Shown in pieces: positions 1-11,887 of a DNA stretch of 43,408 nucleotides. The translations under genes and the position numbers were made by a program. Within the stretch, counting starts at the first letter, position 1, and each line of letters begins with the position of its first letter. The notes beneath the pieces are model-generated. The model ran no database searches. It was not told the origin of the DNA and was given only the letters and a program-made list of their open reading frames with translations. This stretch comes from Azolla caroliniana (Eukaryota; Plantae; Polypodiophyta): contig JBHGNT010000263.1 in the NCBI GenBank assembly GCA_043228905.1, positions 1 through 43,408 on the forward strand, in the 5' to 3' direction.

Positions 1-436
1 AAGTGGCACAACCCTATTTTGGTCTCGTGTACAAAAAATGAGAATTTTATGTAACTTACAAACTAAGGTATCTTGGAGGTACTTGGAAAATCAAAGTAAC
101 ATATTTTAAAAATTTTGAAAGCTGGCTCTTCATCCTGGTGTTAATCCCATTAGAACCATTTCTACTGTGGTACAACATATGTAACTGCATGAAGTGTAAT
201 ACGCCACATTTCTCCCAAGCTGTCATATGTACAGATGTTGCAAAAGGGCCTATTGAAAACAGATTCATATGTACAGATTCATTCTGGAATCTATTGAAAA
301 CAATCAGATGAAGCAAGTGTAATGCACCATTTCCAAACTTTAATATACAGCCTGCGCCTAAGTTAGAATATTGTTTTTGATGTCTCTTGTTAACTTTCAC
401 TTGCCTTCCATGGATTTTTGGGAAGTTTGGAATGTA

Positions 437-555
437 TTTCAGCATGGAACTCAACAACCTAGTCTATGCCCATCATCTCAATGGGAAATGATATCTCTGT
501 TTCAGCAGGGAACTCTACAACCAAGTATATGCCCATCATTGAGATGGCAATTAGG
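437..555. repeat. Imperfect 63-bp tandem duplication
   Basis: TTTCAGCATGGAACTCAACAACCTAGTCTATGCCCATCAT at 437 recurs as TTTCAGCAGGGAACTCTACAACCAAGTATATGCCCATCAT at 500. Confidence 0.75.
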
Positions 556-828
556 TTGCTTTTAGTGATGAATTTGAAAATGTTAAAAGCATATATTTCA
601 ATTGGGATGTTTCTTTTTAGCAATTGTCCAAAAGGATGCCTATTAGAATTTCTTCAATGCCCAATTGTGAATTTGTGTGGCTTTCGTGTGCTTCCACCGG
701 AATGTTGACGGAATTATGCCTCTTGTTGATATCCTTGTGCCTAGGATCCAAACCGGCATAGCTAGGGTGGTTGTTGAATACCCTTGAGCTACTAGCTTAC
801 GTAATCTTAATGATTAATACTTACACTT

Positions 829-831
<3 letters not shown>

Positions 832-876
<45 letters not shown>
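832..876. repeat. (CT)n microsatellite
   Basis: Uninterrupted CT run. Confidence 0.95.
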
Positions 877-880
<4 letters not shown>

Positions 881-3335
881 AAATAGATGTAAAGACAAGG
901 AAGGCATAGGAAAGAATACACTTCTTATAACCAAAGAGGTTTAGCACCATAAGAGTGGAGAGATTAGGGTTTGGCTCAATTAGCTCATAACCCTAAATGC
1001 TATTAGCTCTAATAGAATATTAGAGAGAGAGTGTGTGTAAGATCTAAATCACTAAAGGAAAGGAAAAAATCCAAGATTGGAGAAGAGCTACAAAAGTCAC
1101 CAAAAGGTGACTTTTATAGCTCTTTACGAGGTTGGTGGGTTCCTTTCACATTAGGTTACCCATTGTTGAGCTCAATGTCTCTTGTTGGTGCCTTGGTCTT
1201 CCAATGTGTCGAGTGTTTGATTCTTAACAGATTTTGCAATTATTGGAGTTGATGACTAGGTGGATGGATTTGAACTACTATGACATATCATCAAATGTGA
1301 TGCGCGTCATTTTCACAATAGTCATTGGTATCAATAACACATTCATATTTGGTTATATGGAACATATTGAGGTTTTTGGCACGATGAATGTGTGGATAAT
1401 TCCTTTTGTTTCATGGTCAATATGGAGTCACATAACACATTGGAGTTATTATGAGTGAGAATATTCAAGCCTTGCTTTTTAAGTCCATTATTGGTAGGGC
1501 ACACCATTGTGAATCATATGGGTTTTACAACTTAACCATCGATCTACTTTGTGGAGAGAATATTATTACATCAAATGCTTGCATGATGGTGAACTTGATC
1601 AATCTCTAGTGAATCACCCCTTAGTTGCTCCTCTATTTGGAATGGATATCTTTTAGATGGCCCAACAATATCCCAACCATTGCAAAAACTAGCCTTGAAT
1701 ATGATGACCAACAATCTTGACTCTACAAACAAGACAAACAATGGAACCGACAAGAAAAAGGTACCACAATAGAAAATGCAACAATAAAAAACATGGATAG
1801 AAAAAGACAAGTGCCGAGGACAATGGAATCGATGTTGATTCCATTAGCCAACCTCAACGTAAGAGACACATGTAAAAGCCATCAAAAGCACACCATTATT
1901 TGAACCTAGCATGAGGAATCCCAAAGAACCATGATGGGGAGTCAAATGAAAGTAAGGAGACCACTCGACCAACTAAAACGATTGTATCATCAAGGTTAGG
2001 AGAGGGAAACACGCCACAATTGATGTGATCAGCAACAAGTTGGAAATCATACATTAGAGTGTGGAACAATTGTTGTTACTCTTCTCCGTGCAAACAAAAT
2101 TATTAATGAACCTTACATTCTTCTTTGTTTCTTGTCTTTGGGATATTTATCATTTATTAGGGATTCTTTAAGGCGAAATATGTAACATTGCCCATTCATA
2201 ATGCAATTGTGTTTATACTTACACTTAGTGATTTATAGGTGTATAACATGTTATTATTTTAATTTTTTATAATATAAGAGTTTTTTTCCAAAAAAATATG
2301 CTACCCATTAGTTTGGAAGAAATACACGAGGTATCATATGTACAAGGGCCAGAACTCATATAGAGCTCTGTGGCTTCAATTAACTATAGACTAGAGGGAT
2401 CCTTCTATAATTAGGGGACAGTGGGGGGATGTCGCATGGGGGGAGTGCTCATAATGTGAATAGATTAATTTATTGCCAAGCAAAATATATAAATGAGGGG
2501 TATATAGTTCACTTTATTCAAACATATTAAACCTTTTACCTTTTTGGTAAAAGGAAGAATTTATTGTTTTCACTTTTACTTCATCATTGTAGGTATATGT
2601 ATTCTTCATACTTTTTTAACAAGGGGTTGGTATTATATTTTAGTCTACTCTATTAGACGTGTACTTTTATCTTATCCGTGAATAATCAATACATTCATAT
2701 ACATAACGTATATTTACAACTAAATTATAAATGATGATTGTGTAATCATAAGTTGTTTTTTCCCGGTCAAAACATTTTGAGTTTAAACTAACGCAAACCT
2801 CATAACAAGTTATTAACAATGGCAATTACAAGATATGTAAGAAATTTACTTACAAATTATAGTTTCAAGTGACAAAGATACATATAGCATACTTATATGA
2901 TTGTCATGTGTATCATGATGCATGCATAATTATCCAATGTAGTAGGGTGGGAAGAATTATCTCAATGAGCAAGGATTTGAGGTCTCTCGAGATTAAACAC
3001 AAGCACATCCAAATGCATGTGACAATGATTTGTGCCTTATATTCATACAATAGTAAAAGCATCCCCTTTCTACAACAATAACATGAAATTGGACCTAGAG
3101 TATTTGGATAGTCTTTTGCCATAACTTTAATGAAACTTCATAACCTCACCATTATTGTTTATGACTTTTACTTCATAAACCCAAGCATATCCTAGGTTCA
3201 ATCCCTTGGAGAGTATCCTACCCAAGTCAATTGCACCGAGGCTTTCATGTTTTTTGTTGGATCTAAACACATATAATACTTTCTCAGATCAAGCCCCGAA
3301 CAAATAAAACCACCATTAAGTTGAGATTGTTGATA

Positions 3336-3592
3336 ATAAATAATTTAACATTTTGCAAGATGCATGTATGAATATGTATGTGATGACTTTCATGGTGGAG
3401 GTGACGTGTTTGGCTAGAGACACATGTGAATATGTATGCGATGACCATGCATGTACAATTATGGTCATCAACATAATAGTTGGCACTTAATGAATAAATA
3501 ATTCACCATTTTGCAAGATGAGTGTATGAATATGTATGTAATGACCATGCTGTATAGATATGGTCATTAACTTAATAGATGGCACTTAATGA
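3336..3592. repeat. Degenerate local repeats (~100-bp block duplicated, plus a partial third copy)
   Basis: CATTTTGCAAGATG..TGTATGAATATGTATG and ATGACCATGC...TATGGTCAT..AC.TAATAG.TGGCACTTAATGA each recur. Confidence 0.65.
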
Positions 3593-4311
3593 CGTCAATA
3601 AAGTTTAACTACAATTTAAGTGGTATCTTCCTTCTACCTATTGAGGGTTCCATCCCCAATCCAACATCTTGACAATGATTAACACAAAATTTAACACCTT
3701 AGTATTCACAAAATTCTCAAATTCTCAAAATATTGAATTTTCCAAATTGTCCTCCCCTTGTTTTCCTCGCTCACACTCTCTTACTTGTCCAAATTCCCAA
3801 GATATCGCTCTTTTTTTTTCACACAATAAATGGCAGAGGTGTTATTTTGAAAGTTTTGAGAAGTAAGAGGAAGAAGAATAATTGAGAACCTTATGGGTGC
3901 CTTGAATACTTGTACATTACACTATTCACCAAGCATTATATATGAAGGAACTCCTTAATTTGAATAATGAGAGGTTTACTTGGCAAAAGATGTAGAGACT
4001 CTAGAGTGCCAAATTATAATGAATAAAGTGTCATTTAATGAAAACGTTCTAGGTTGACACATGCATCGAGTTATAGACTGAAGTAGAGAATGCAAAATGA
4101 GATAATTGCCCATGGAGGTTAGCTTATGTGAGAGAGAAATTAATAGCAAGAATGTGATATCTGCAATGATACAATGTTTGTTATGTTTTAGTAAATATAT
4201 ACGTGTAAGAAGGTTATTGAGAGTTGTAATTCTCTAAGTGAAGTTTGGCAATAAAAAAATGTGAAGTGAACACGTGGGTATAAAACGTATCGTGTGATAT
4301 GGAGAAGGCTT

Positions 4312-4370
4312 GGTGAATTGTTTCTCTCTATAAATATAAGCGGTGAATTGTTTCTCTCTATAAATATAAG
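4312..4370. repeat. 30-bp perfect tandem duplication
   Basis: GGTGAATTGTTTCTCTCTATAAATATAAG at 4312 and 4342. Confidence 0.9.
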
Positions 4371-5329
4371 TGAGACAAATGGTCCTAAACTATGCACATT
4401 AAAGACATAAATGTTGCAAAAGGGGATATTGATAACTAGACAAGCTTGAACCATGATGAAATCGAATAAAATGCAAACAATGAGTCAAAATGATTGCACC
4501 AACTCTCTTCTATTGTCACAAGTGGCAATTTGCACATATTTTCAGTGCATATATCAAATAAAATAAATGTACAAGCTAGTGAAACTCTTGTAATTATTAG
4601 TACATGTATCCAATGATACATAAGCAATAGTTTGGTGTTGATATTGGGGTTTTGAATTGACTCATGTGAATGTACCATGTGAGTAGAGATGAAATTTTCC
4701 ATTATTTGTCTTTACAAATATTTTTAATGATGAGGATTAGCGAATATAAGGAATGTAAGGACTGGTGGAATCTTGTGGAACTTGATGTCTTTTATGCATT
4801 ATTTTTATAATGTTTAAATGATGAATCTATTGAAATACTCTCTTAGTCACATAAAAATAAGGATGTGCAATCTATCATTTGTTTCCTAGGGTTGCAACTA
4901 AATTCATCATTCATTCACTATTATAGATATGAATCTTGAGAATGACTTCAAGGGAATAGAAAGGGAACTTGACTTTATTGCATCATAGTTGGAATTTAGA
5001 GCCATTGGGTTTTTGTATGTTATTATAATATCATATTTGTTTGGTGACAACTTTCTAGCTTCTTGGAAATAATGGATCTTTGCAATAAAAACAAGAATTT
5101 GCATGCGAAACCATTGACTTTGTACATCTTTAGACGTATCTACAAAGTTGATCTCAGAAATTATTGCTTATATGTTGACAATCTCACTTTGTTGAAATTC
5201 TTATAATTGAATATATAAATGCGATGAAATTGTGGTAATGGTTGTGCTTTCCAATCTTGTGATTTTAGGTTAAGAAATGAATATGAATTTACACTTGATG
5301 TAAAAAGTTGTCACATAATTAGTTTGGTT

Positions 5330-6110
5330 TGAGGGCTTGTGTGGAATCATAGCAACTTTGACCAAGAAAACAATATAATTTGAATACAAGTATCATCCCA
5401 TGGTGTACATTGCACTCTAAATGCAACACTTACTATAAACTATTGTTACACAGTGTCATGCTATAATAATAAATTGAAGCTTCGCTCAAGGGTTATATGG
5501 AATAGTAACAACTTTGCCTTACCATGTTTTATTCTTTGACACATAAGTGTTATATAATACCTTGCATTTCACTCTCGAATTTACACTAATTATTTGCAAT
5601 TGCTACTCATTATACAAAAGGTATATTGCCATGGTATTATTGGTAATGTGAAGCTTACCTTGGGGGTTATATGGAACAATACCATATTTGCATTAGCATG
5701 TTGTATAATTTGACTTCAACATCAACTAATGGCTTACATTGCACCCTTGACTCAAAGGTTTTGTTTGCATCATTGTACATAATGCAAAAAGTGTACATTA
5801 TTACAAGATAACATGAAGTTTCATTCAAGTTTTATCATATCATTTTACCTTTGGTCTACCAAGTTACATAATTAACATCACCAAATGGTTTACATTACAC
5901 TCTTAAATCGACACTTATTCTTTGCATCTAATGCCCATTATGCAAAAGAGACAACATTACAATATAACTAATAGCTAATATAAACTTTGTTGAAGGGTTC
6001 TGTGGAATAGTCGACAATGTTTCTTTAGAAAACTATACGATGACTTACATTTCGCCTCAATCTTACATTTTTTGTTAACGATTACTGCATGTTATACAAA
6101 ATTTTCATGA
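5330..6110. repeat. Highly decayed tandem repeat, period ~155-173 bp, about 5 units
   Basis: A TACATTGCACTCT-like motif occurs at ~5406, 5563, 5735, 5891 and 6046. A GGGTTATATGGAA-like motif occurs at ~5333, 5490, 5663 and 5995. Confidence 0.6.
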
Positions 6111-6220
6111 TTGGAACATGAGGGACTCAATGATATGAATTGTCTAAAGCCCATGTGGAAACCCAAATAAGGAACATTATCCTCACATACCACCCAACAC
6201 AAGATATATAACCCTAAATG

Positions 6221-7039
6221 TAGGAATTGGCAACGGTTCGGTTTGGCTTGGGTTTGGCCTTATCCAAGCCAAACCGCGTAAGCCTAAACCGTTTCGGGGT
6301 TCTCAAACCAAAACCAAACTGATCCCTAAACCGGTTTGTGAGCCGGTTTGGGACGAAAAAGCTTTAGAGGTGTGAAGAAACCCAAAAAACACCACTACCA
6401 CTTCTACTCTTCTCCTCCTCCTCGTAACTCTCACTCCGTTGATATGCCCCCATCCCCATCCTTCTCCAAATTTGACATGCCACCCCACCCCCATCCTCCT
6501 CATCTTCCTTTGTAGATTGTTACCGCTTGACCCTTTCTAGACCTCAATATGTCTAGTCTTGATTGCTATTGCCCATCCCTCGACCACCTTCAGGTCAAGT
6601 TCGTCGTGTCCTAGGTCCTAGGTCAAACTCAAGAGAGAATTTGGAACTAAAATTTCACCTATATGTATAGAAAGAATGTATATAACAGCAAGGAGGAGGT
6701 CCAGTATGTAGGCTCCCTCTCCCTCTCTGTCCAGTATGTAGGTTCCCTCTCTTTCTCTGCCTCTCTCGTCACTCAACAGTCTGTTTCCTATGGCTTTCTA
6801 TCAGTCTCTCTCTCAACTTTCAAATTCTAAGTTCTAACTTCTCACTATCTAGTTTCTAACTTTCTAAACCCTAATTATTAAATGGCTTAAACGGTTTGAG
6901 CCAGTTTGGCAAGGCTAAAGTCAAGCCGATCCGAGCTCAAACCGTTTAGGTAGGCTCAAGCCTAAACTGAGCCGAGCCGAGCCACTAAGATGTTTTGACT
7001 AAACGGTTTAGGCTTGAGCCGAGCCGTTGTTGATCCCTA
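6221..7039. mobile_element. Non-autonomous hAT-type DNA transposon (MITE-like)
   Basis: Imperfect TIRs TAGGAATTGGCAACGG (6221) and CCGTTGTTGATCCCTA (ends 7039). Dense AAACCG/CGGTTT/GAGCCG subterminal motifs at both ends. Degenerate 8-bp TSD CCTAAATG / CCCATATG. No transposase ORF. Confidence 0.75.
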
Positions 7040-7319
7040 CCCATATGTACATGCATGAATACAATTTCATAGGGTCAAATCCTTTAGCGTCCTTATAGAT
7101 ATACTCCTTAAAGGCACCATAGGCTATATATATTGACACATGAATCTCGCTAGTATCTTAGTGTTTGGGCATTGCCACAATAGATATAAAATAATCGATG
7201 CTAGAGGGGGTAAGGTCAATGGATGAGAGAGTAGTTTTTCCTTAATGGGGTCAATAAGTAGCTAATCGTGAGTTAATGGGACCCATTATATAAACCAATT
7301 GTGAGGAGAGCCAAAAGAT

Positions 7320-8370
7320 TTGGTTGATGAAGTTGTCAAAGAACAACAATACAACAATGAACCCTTAAAGAAAAAATGGTTTGATATTGAATGCCATGAT
7401 GCTCAAAAGTGGCTTTTGATTTTGGATGTAATCAAGGATAAAGAGAATTACCAAAAGCATTTGCATAAGCACAAAAGGCTTATTCAAAGAAAGAGAAGAA
7501 TATGGGAAATTACTCAAGAATTTCTCCAAATGCAAGAGAAAGCACATGCATGTGCTAAAATTTGGGAAATCTAAAGGGGAAACATGTTGAGAATTATGGT
7601 GACTTAACTCTTCTTGACTTGTCTATGCATTGTAAGAATTTATACGAGCTATCTCTTGCCGGAAAGATGATGTGTTATGGTTCTCTTTCACACATGTCTC
7701 CCTTCTTTACAATTGAAGATACATACATAAGACTTAAGAAATTGGCCTCTCAAAAGCCAAGCGATCTTCAATGTATGAAGGTTGAAATGCTCAAATGGAC
7801 AGGAAAGGACGCACATGCATGGATAACTGATATGTTGCAACATGGTCTATTGTATGATTGGACTACAAATTGGATCAAACCTTTACATAAAGGTGGAAAT
7901 GTAAATAATGTAAATAACTATCAAACCATCATGTTTGGGTCGCTAATGGCAAAATTATTTGGATGTATAATGGAATCAAAGTTAAGTGCATGGGCTGATA
8001 AAAATGGTATAGGAGCTTATGAACAAGTTGGCTTTTGAAAACACCATAGCACCATTGATGACCTTGTCACCCTTCGAGTATTAATGGATGACAGTCGCCT
8101 TAGAGGTAAAGGTTTATATTGTTGCTTCGTATACTTCAAGAAAGCTTTTGATATGGTACCTCGTGAGCATCTTTGGAGGCGAATGGAAAAACTCAAGGTG
8201 CAAGGTGAATATATGCTTGCAATTTCCCGAATATATGGTGTGGATACGAGCAATAAACTTTCAGATTTTTTCAATAGAACTATAATTGGTGTTAAGCAAG
8301 GATGCCCACTCTCACACACTCTACTTTGTCTATGCATTGATGAATTGGAAAAAATGGTTGCCAAGATTGT
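7320..8370 (+). mobile_element. Degenerate LINE (RTE/RTEX-like) reverse transcriptase fragment
   Basis: Motifs KWFDIEC, IKPLHKGG..NNYQTI, QVGF, FKKAFDMVPR and GVKQGCPLS across frameshifted or stop-broken ORFs. Ends before the YxDD motif. Confidence 0.9.
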
Positions 8371-9172
8371 GAAGGCTGGCAAGAGCACTATAATCCTACA
8401 ATCTATGCAGAACTCCATCATTATTTGATAAATGATGGAGAAGGCCGACCCACAACAATTTTGCCAAATCTTGCTCAAGTGTTAAAAGGACAAGGAATGA
8501 ACCTATAGATTAGGATGTGGGATGCGATAGATCATTAGCATCACGCTTCTATAACTCCTTACCGCTACTAACAACATGCGAAGAGGAGGAATACCCATTA
8601 CTTAAGTGGAAGATCAATTTAAGCTCCATTGTCGTGAAGGATTTCAGCTACTATGAGAAAGAGGGCCAGGATGCGTGTGAGCGCTGGTGTGCAAGGATGC
8701 ACACGAACTAGTCTTTATGTACAAATATATGTAAATACTTATGTGTGTTGAATACGAGGTAGTGTGATTTAATAAAGTACTTTTCACCCCACACGTACAG
8801 AGAGGAATGATAGATATGATGTGAAAGAATCGAGGAGAAAATCAGGGACTACAAGCGGCTCTCTTAAAAGCTTGATGTAACAGTCTCTCCCTCCTTGAGC
8901 TATAAAAGGAGGGAGAAAAGACTGATGGGGGGTATCCACGTTTTGGGAGGACGAAGTGCTGCCGGACCGAGCTCTAAAGATTTTGGCTTTCTCGATCTTT
9001 GTTTTTGTCATTGTGTTGTGAGACCTCCATTTCGCGCTGGTAGCTTGTGCGCACCCGATTGGAGGCTTGCTATCATGCGTGCATGCATCTGTGTGTCTGT
9101 GTGAGGAGCTCGAAGCTTTGTTTGTCGACCGTGTTCGGTTGTACTCTTTCTGGTTCTCTGTTAATCATTAGT

Positions 9173-9362
9173 ATTTTGCTAAGTCTCTTCTTGTACTCGG
9201 ATATTTCCGAGTTGTTCCCATTTGTTGTGTGCTCGCCGCGCCCCATGCTCGTGTTCTTATCCCCATTTTGCTAAGTCTCTTCTTGTACTTGGATATTTCC
9301 GAGTTGTCCCCATTTGTTGTGTGCTCGCCGCGCCCCATGCTCGTGTTCTTATCCCCATTTTG
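9173..9362. repeat. 92-bp tandem duplication inside the Gypsy-1 LTR
   Basis: Two near-identical copies starting at 9173 and 9265, bounded by ATTTTG at 9173, 9265 and 9357. Confidence 0.92.
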
Positions 9363-9606
9363 TTTCGGTGGTGTGTGCGCGTCCGAGTGTGTGAGCCTGT
9401 GAGCTCATCGCCGCTACCCAACATACGGTCCAGAACAATACACATCTCTGAGCCCGTGCCCTCACCGTTCCGGATTGGATACGCGTCCGGAAATTGATCC
9501 GACAAAGCTATTTGGACCACCTTTATTCTCTCATTGGCTCCTCGGTCCAAGACCTCAGTGGTCCCGCCCCGTCTGACACATACGCACGGATTTCCGAGAC
9601 ATTATT

Positions 9607-9624
9607 TGGTGAACCCGATGTGAA
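9607..9624 (+). promoter_or_regulatory. Primer-binding site complementary to tRNA-Trp
   Basis: TGGTGAACCCGATGTGAA matches the reverse complement of the plant cytosolic tRNA-Trp 3' end (TGGTGAACCCGACGTGAA, from recall) with one mismatch. Confidence 0.75.
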
Positions 9625-9828
9625 GGGGCGGTAGAGGAGTTCGAAATGAGGGGAAGCTAACTCACCGAAGCAATGTTGAAGGCTGTCGACCACCTAGTTA
9701 ACACTTGTGAGAGTACTAGTGGGCCCGATAGGGACGTGGAAACGGTAGTTGGCACGACATGTCGATTCAACGGAAAGGACGTCACGAACTCCCTAGAGGC
9801 CTTCAAGGTAGAGATGTTGATGAGAGAA

Positions 9829-10173
9829 TGTTAGGAATATGTCCCTCCAGTGGAAGGAGCCGACAATCGAAGACAGGGAGCAGCTGACTGGTCAAATGAG
9901 TGTTGACATTCGAGGAGTCGACATGGAGAGCTGACAAGTGTTGATCGAGGTCGAAGACACGACCAGCTAATCGGGCCGACCTGGCGCTCGACGGATTAGT
10001 AAGACTATTATTATTATAAGATAATAATAATAGTCATGATTGTAAATAGCCCATTCTGTGTATTAGTATAAATACATCTAAGGCAAACAAATATCACATG
10101 GTGTGCTGAGAATAGAGCAAAATAGAGTTGTGAGTGATCCTCTATTGGGGCCAATGATAGAGAAGTGAGAGTG

Positions 10174-10212
<39 letters not shown>

Positions 10213-11887
10213 CCATAGCCAAGTGAGGTGTGACGCCAAGAGCCCTGTGTGGATGATACACTCTGAGCGGAGAGTGTTGTATTTTGATCTTATCCTATGT
10301 ATGGTGGAATCTTTGTTCCCGTGGTTTTTTCCTGTTTAGGGTTTCCACATAAAACGTTGTGCCCTGTGCATTTTCTCTATTGTGTTGTTTTCTATTTCGG
10401 CAAGATATGTGTATTTTAGCATATCCTTTCATGGATTGACGATTCGATCATTAACAAATTGGTATCAGAGCAAGGTGACGATGGAAGGAGGTGTGAGTGG
10501 CTTCCCAGGTATCATAGTTCTAAACTCTCAGAACTATGTAGACTGGAAGATAAAGATGGAGGACCTTCTCATAGTCAAAGACTTGTACGAGCCGATCGAC
10601 AGAGCATAAATACCCATGGGGGTATTAGAGTCGGAATGGAAACTTCTTAACAGAAAGGCGGTGGCCACCATCAGACAATGCGTCGATGTAAGTCTCCTTC
10701 AGCATGTGGGGAATGACACAAATGCCCACGAGATGTGGAAGAAGCTATTAGGTCTATACGAGAGGAAGAACGCCTTCAATAAAACCTCACTGATGAGAAA
10801 GATCGTACGATTGAAATACAGAGATAGTGAGAGCATCGTCGAACACATCAACACATTCATGGGACGTAAATCAACTTCTTGCAACCAAGTTTCCCCTTGA
10901 GGATACTTTTCCAGACAGGTGGGAGAACCTAGTGGTGACCCTCAGCACCTCGTGTCAAGAAGAGAACTTGTCTCTACAAGTGGTAAAGATAAGAATCTTG
11001 AATGAGGAAACCAGAAGGAAGGACAAGGGTGTCATGGTCCATTCAAAGTCAAACTTCACTCAACACACCTGAAGAGGAAGAAAACGACAAAGGAGTCCAC
11101 CAAGGAGAGAAAAATCTCAAGCCAGGTTGAAGTCTAGAGGTAAGCTAACATGCTTTGATTGTGGAAAGCCTGGACATTTCCAGAAGGACAAGAGTGTTGG
11201 TAATAATGTTGAACCTAGGAAGATTTCTGATGAAAAGGGCACTTTGGCCATTGTGACGAGCAATGAAGAACTTCTGTTCATCTGTGAACAGACAAGTGCA
11301 AACCTAGTGAATGAAGAATGCACTTGGGTGATCGACTCTGGTGCATCTTTCCATATAACTCCGTCGAGAGAGTATTTCTCGACTTACATAGCCAGGGATT
11401 ATGGTTATGTAAAGATAACTGGAGTCGGAAGTGTCTGCTTGATGAAGTCAACAGGGTGTCGACTAACCCTGAAGGAAGTTTGACATGTCCCCGATATCAA
11501 ATTGAATGTGATATTGACTACTTCGTAACATTTATTGACGACTATAGTCAGAAGACATGGGCCTTCATACTGAAGTCGAAGGATCATATACTGTCAATGT
11601 TCAAGGAGTTCTAGGCGAGAACCAAGCGACAGTCGGGTCGGAAGTTAATGGTTGTCCGAACTGACAATGGTGGTGAATATAAAGGGCAGTTCGAGGAATA
11701 TACTGCAAGGCCCAATGTATTCAAATCGAATACACATTGCCAAAGAACCCAAAGTTGAAAGAGCTTAGAGAGAGGATGAATCGAAGATCATGGAGAGAGT
11801 AAGGAGCATGCTCTCTCATGCTAAACTGCCGAAATCGTATTGTGCTGAGATGATGTATACAATTGTTTATCTTATCAATTGAGGTCC
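9829..11887 (+). mobile_element. Copia-1 (Tnt1/Tork-like), 5' half: LTR 9829-10456, PBS, gag, protease, partial integrase
   Basis: TGTTAG..TTAACA LTR containing a (GA)n tract. PBS TGGTATCAGAGC at 10460-10471. Gag LNSQNYVDWKIKMEDLL, knuckle CFDCGKPGH, protease WVIDSGASFH, integrase YFVTFIDDYS and VRTDNGGEY. Many stops and deletions; RT, RNase H and 3' LTR absent. Confidence 0.93.

Larger units (their letters stand above)
8820..9828 (+). mobile_element. Gypsy-1: 5' LTR (start uncertain), tRNA-Trp PBS and gag N-terminus
   Basis: TATA-like CTATAAAAGG at ~8900. LTR end ..GAGACA at 9601. PBS at 9607. Gag-like VETVVGTTCRFNGKDVTNSLEAFKVEMLMRE, cut at 9828 by Copia-1. Confidence 0.7.

Noticed and set aside
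2394-2445. G-rich tract (GGGGACAGTGGGGGGATGTCGCATGGGGGG) as a G-quadruplex or PPT plus LTR start
   Set aside because: Only three close G-tracts, and no upstream pol or matching LTR to support it.
3190-3210. B-box-like GGTTCAATCCC
   Set aside because: No convincing A-box or tRNA structure.
56-5104. Short ORFs in the first 5 kb
   Set aside because: No recognisable motifs or exon structure. Lengths are consistent with chance in AT-rich DNA.
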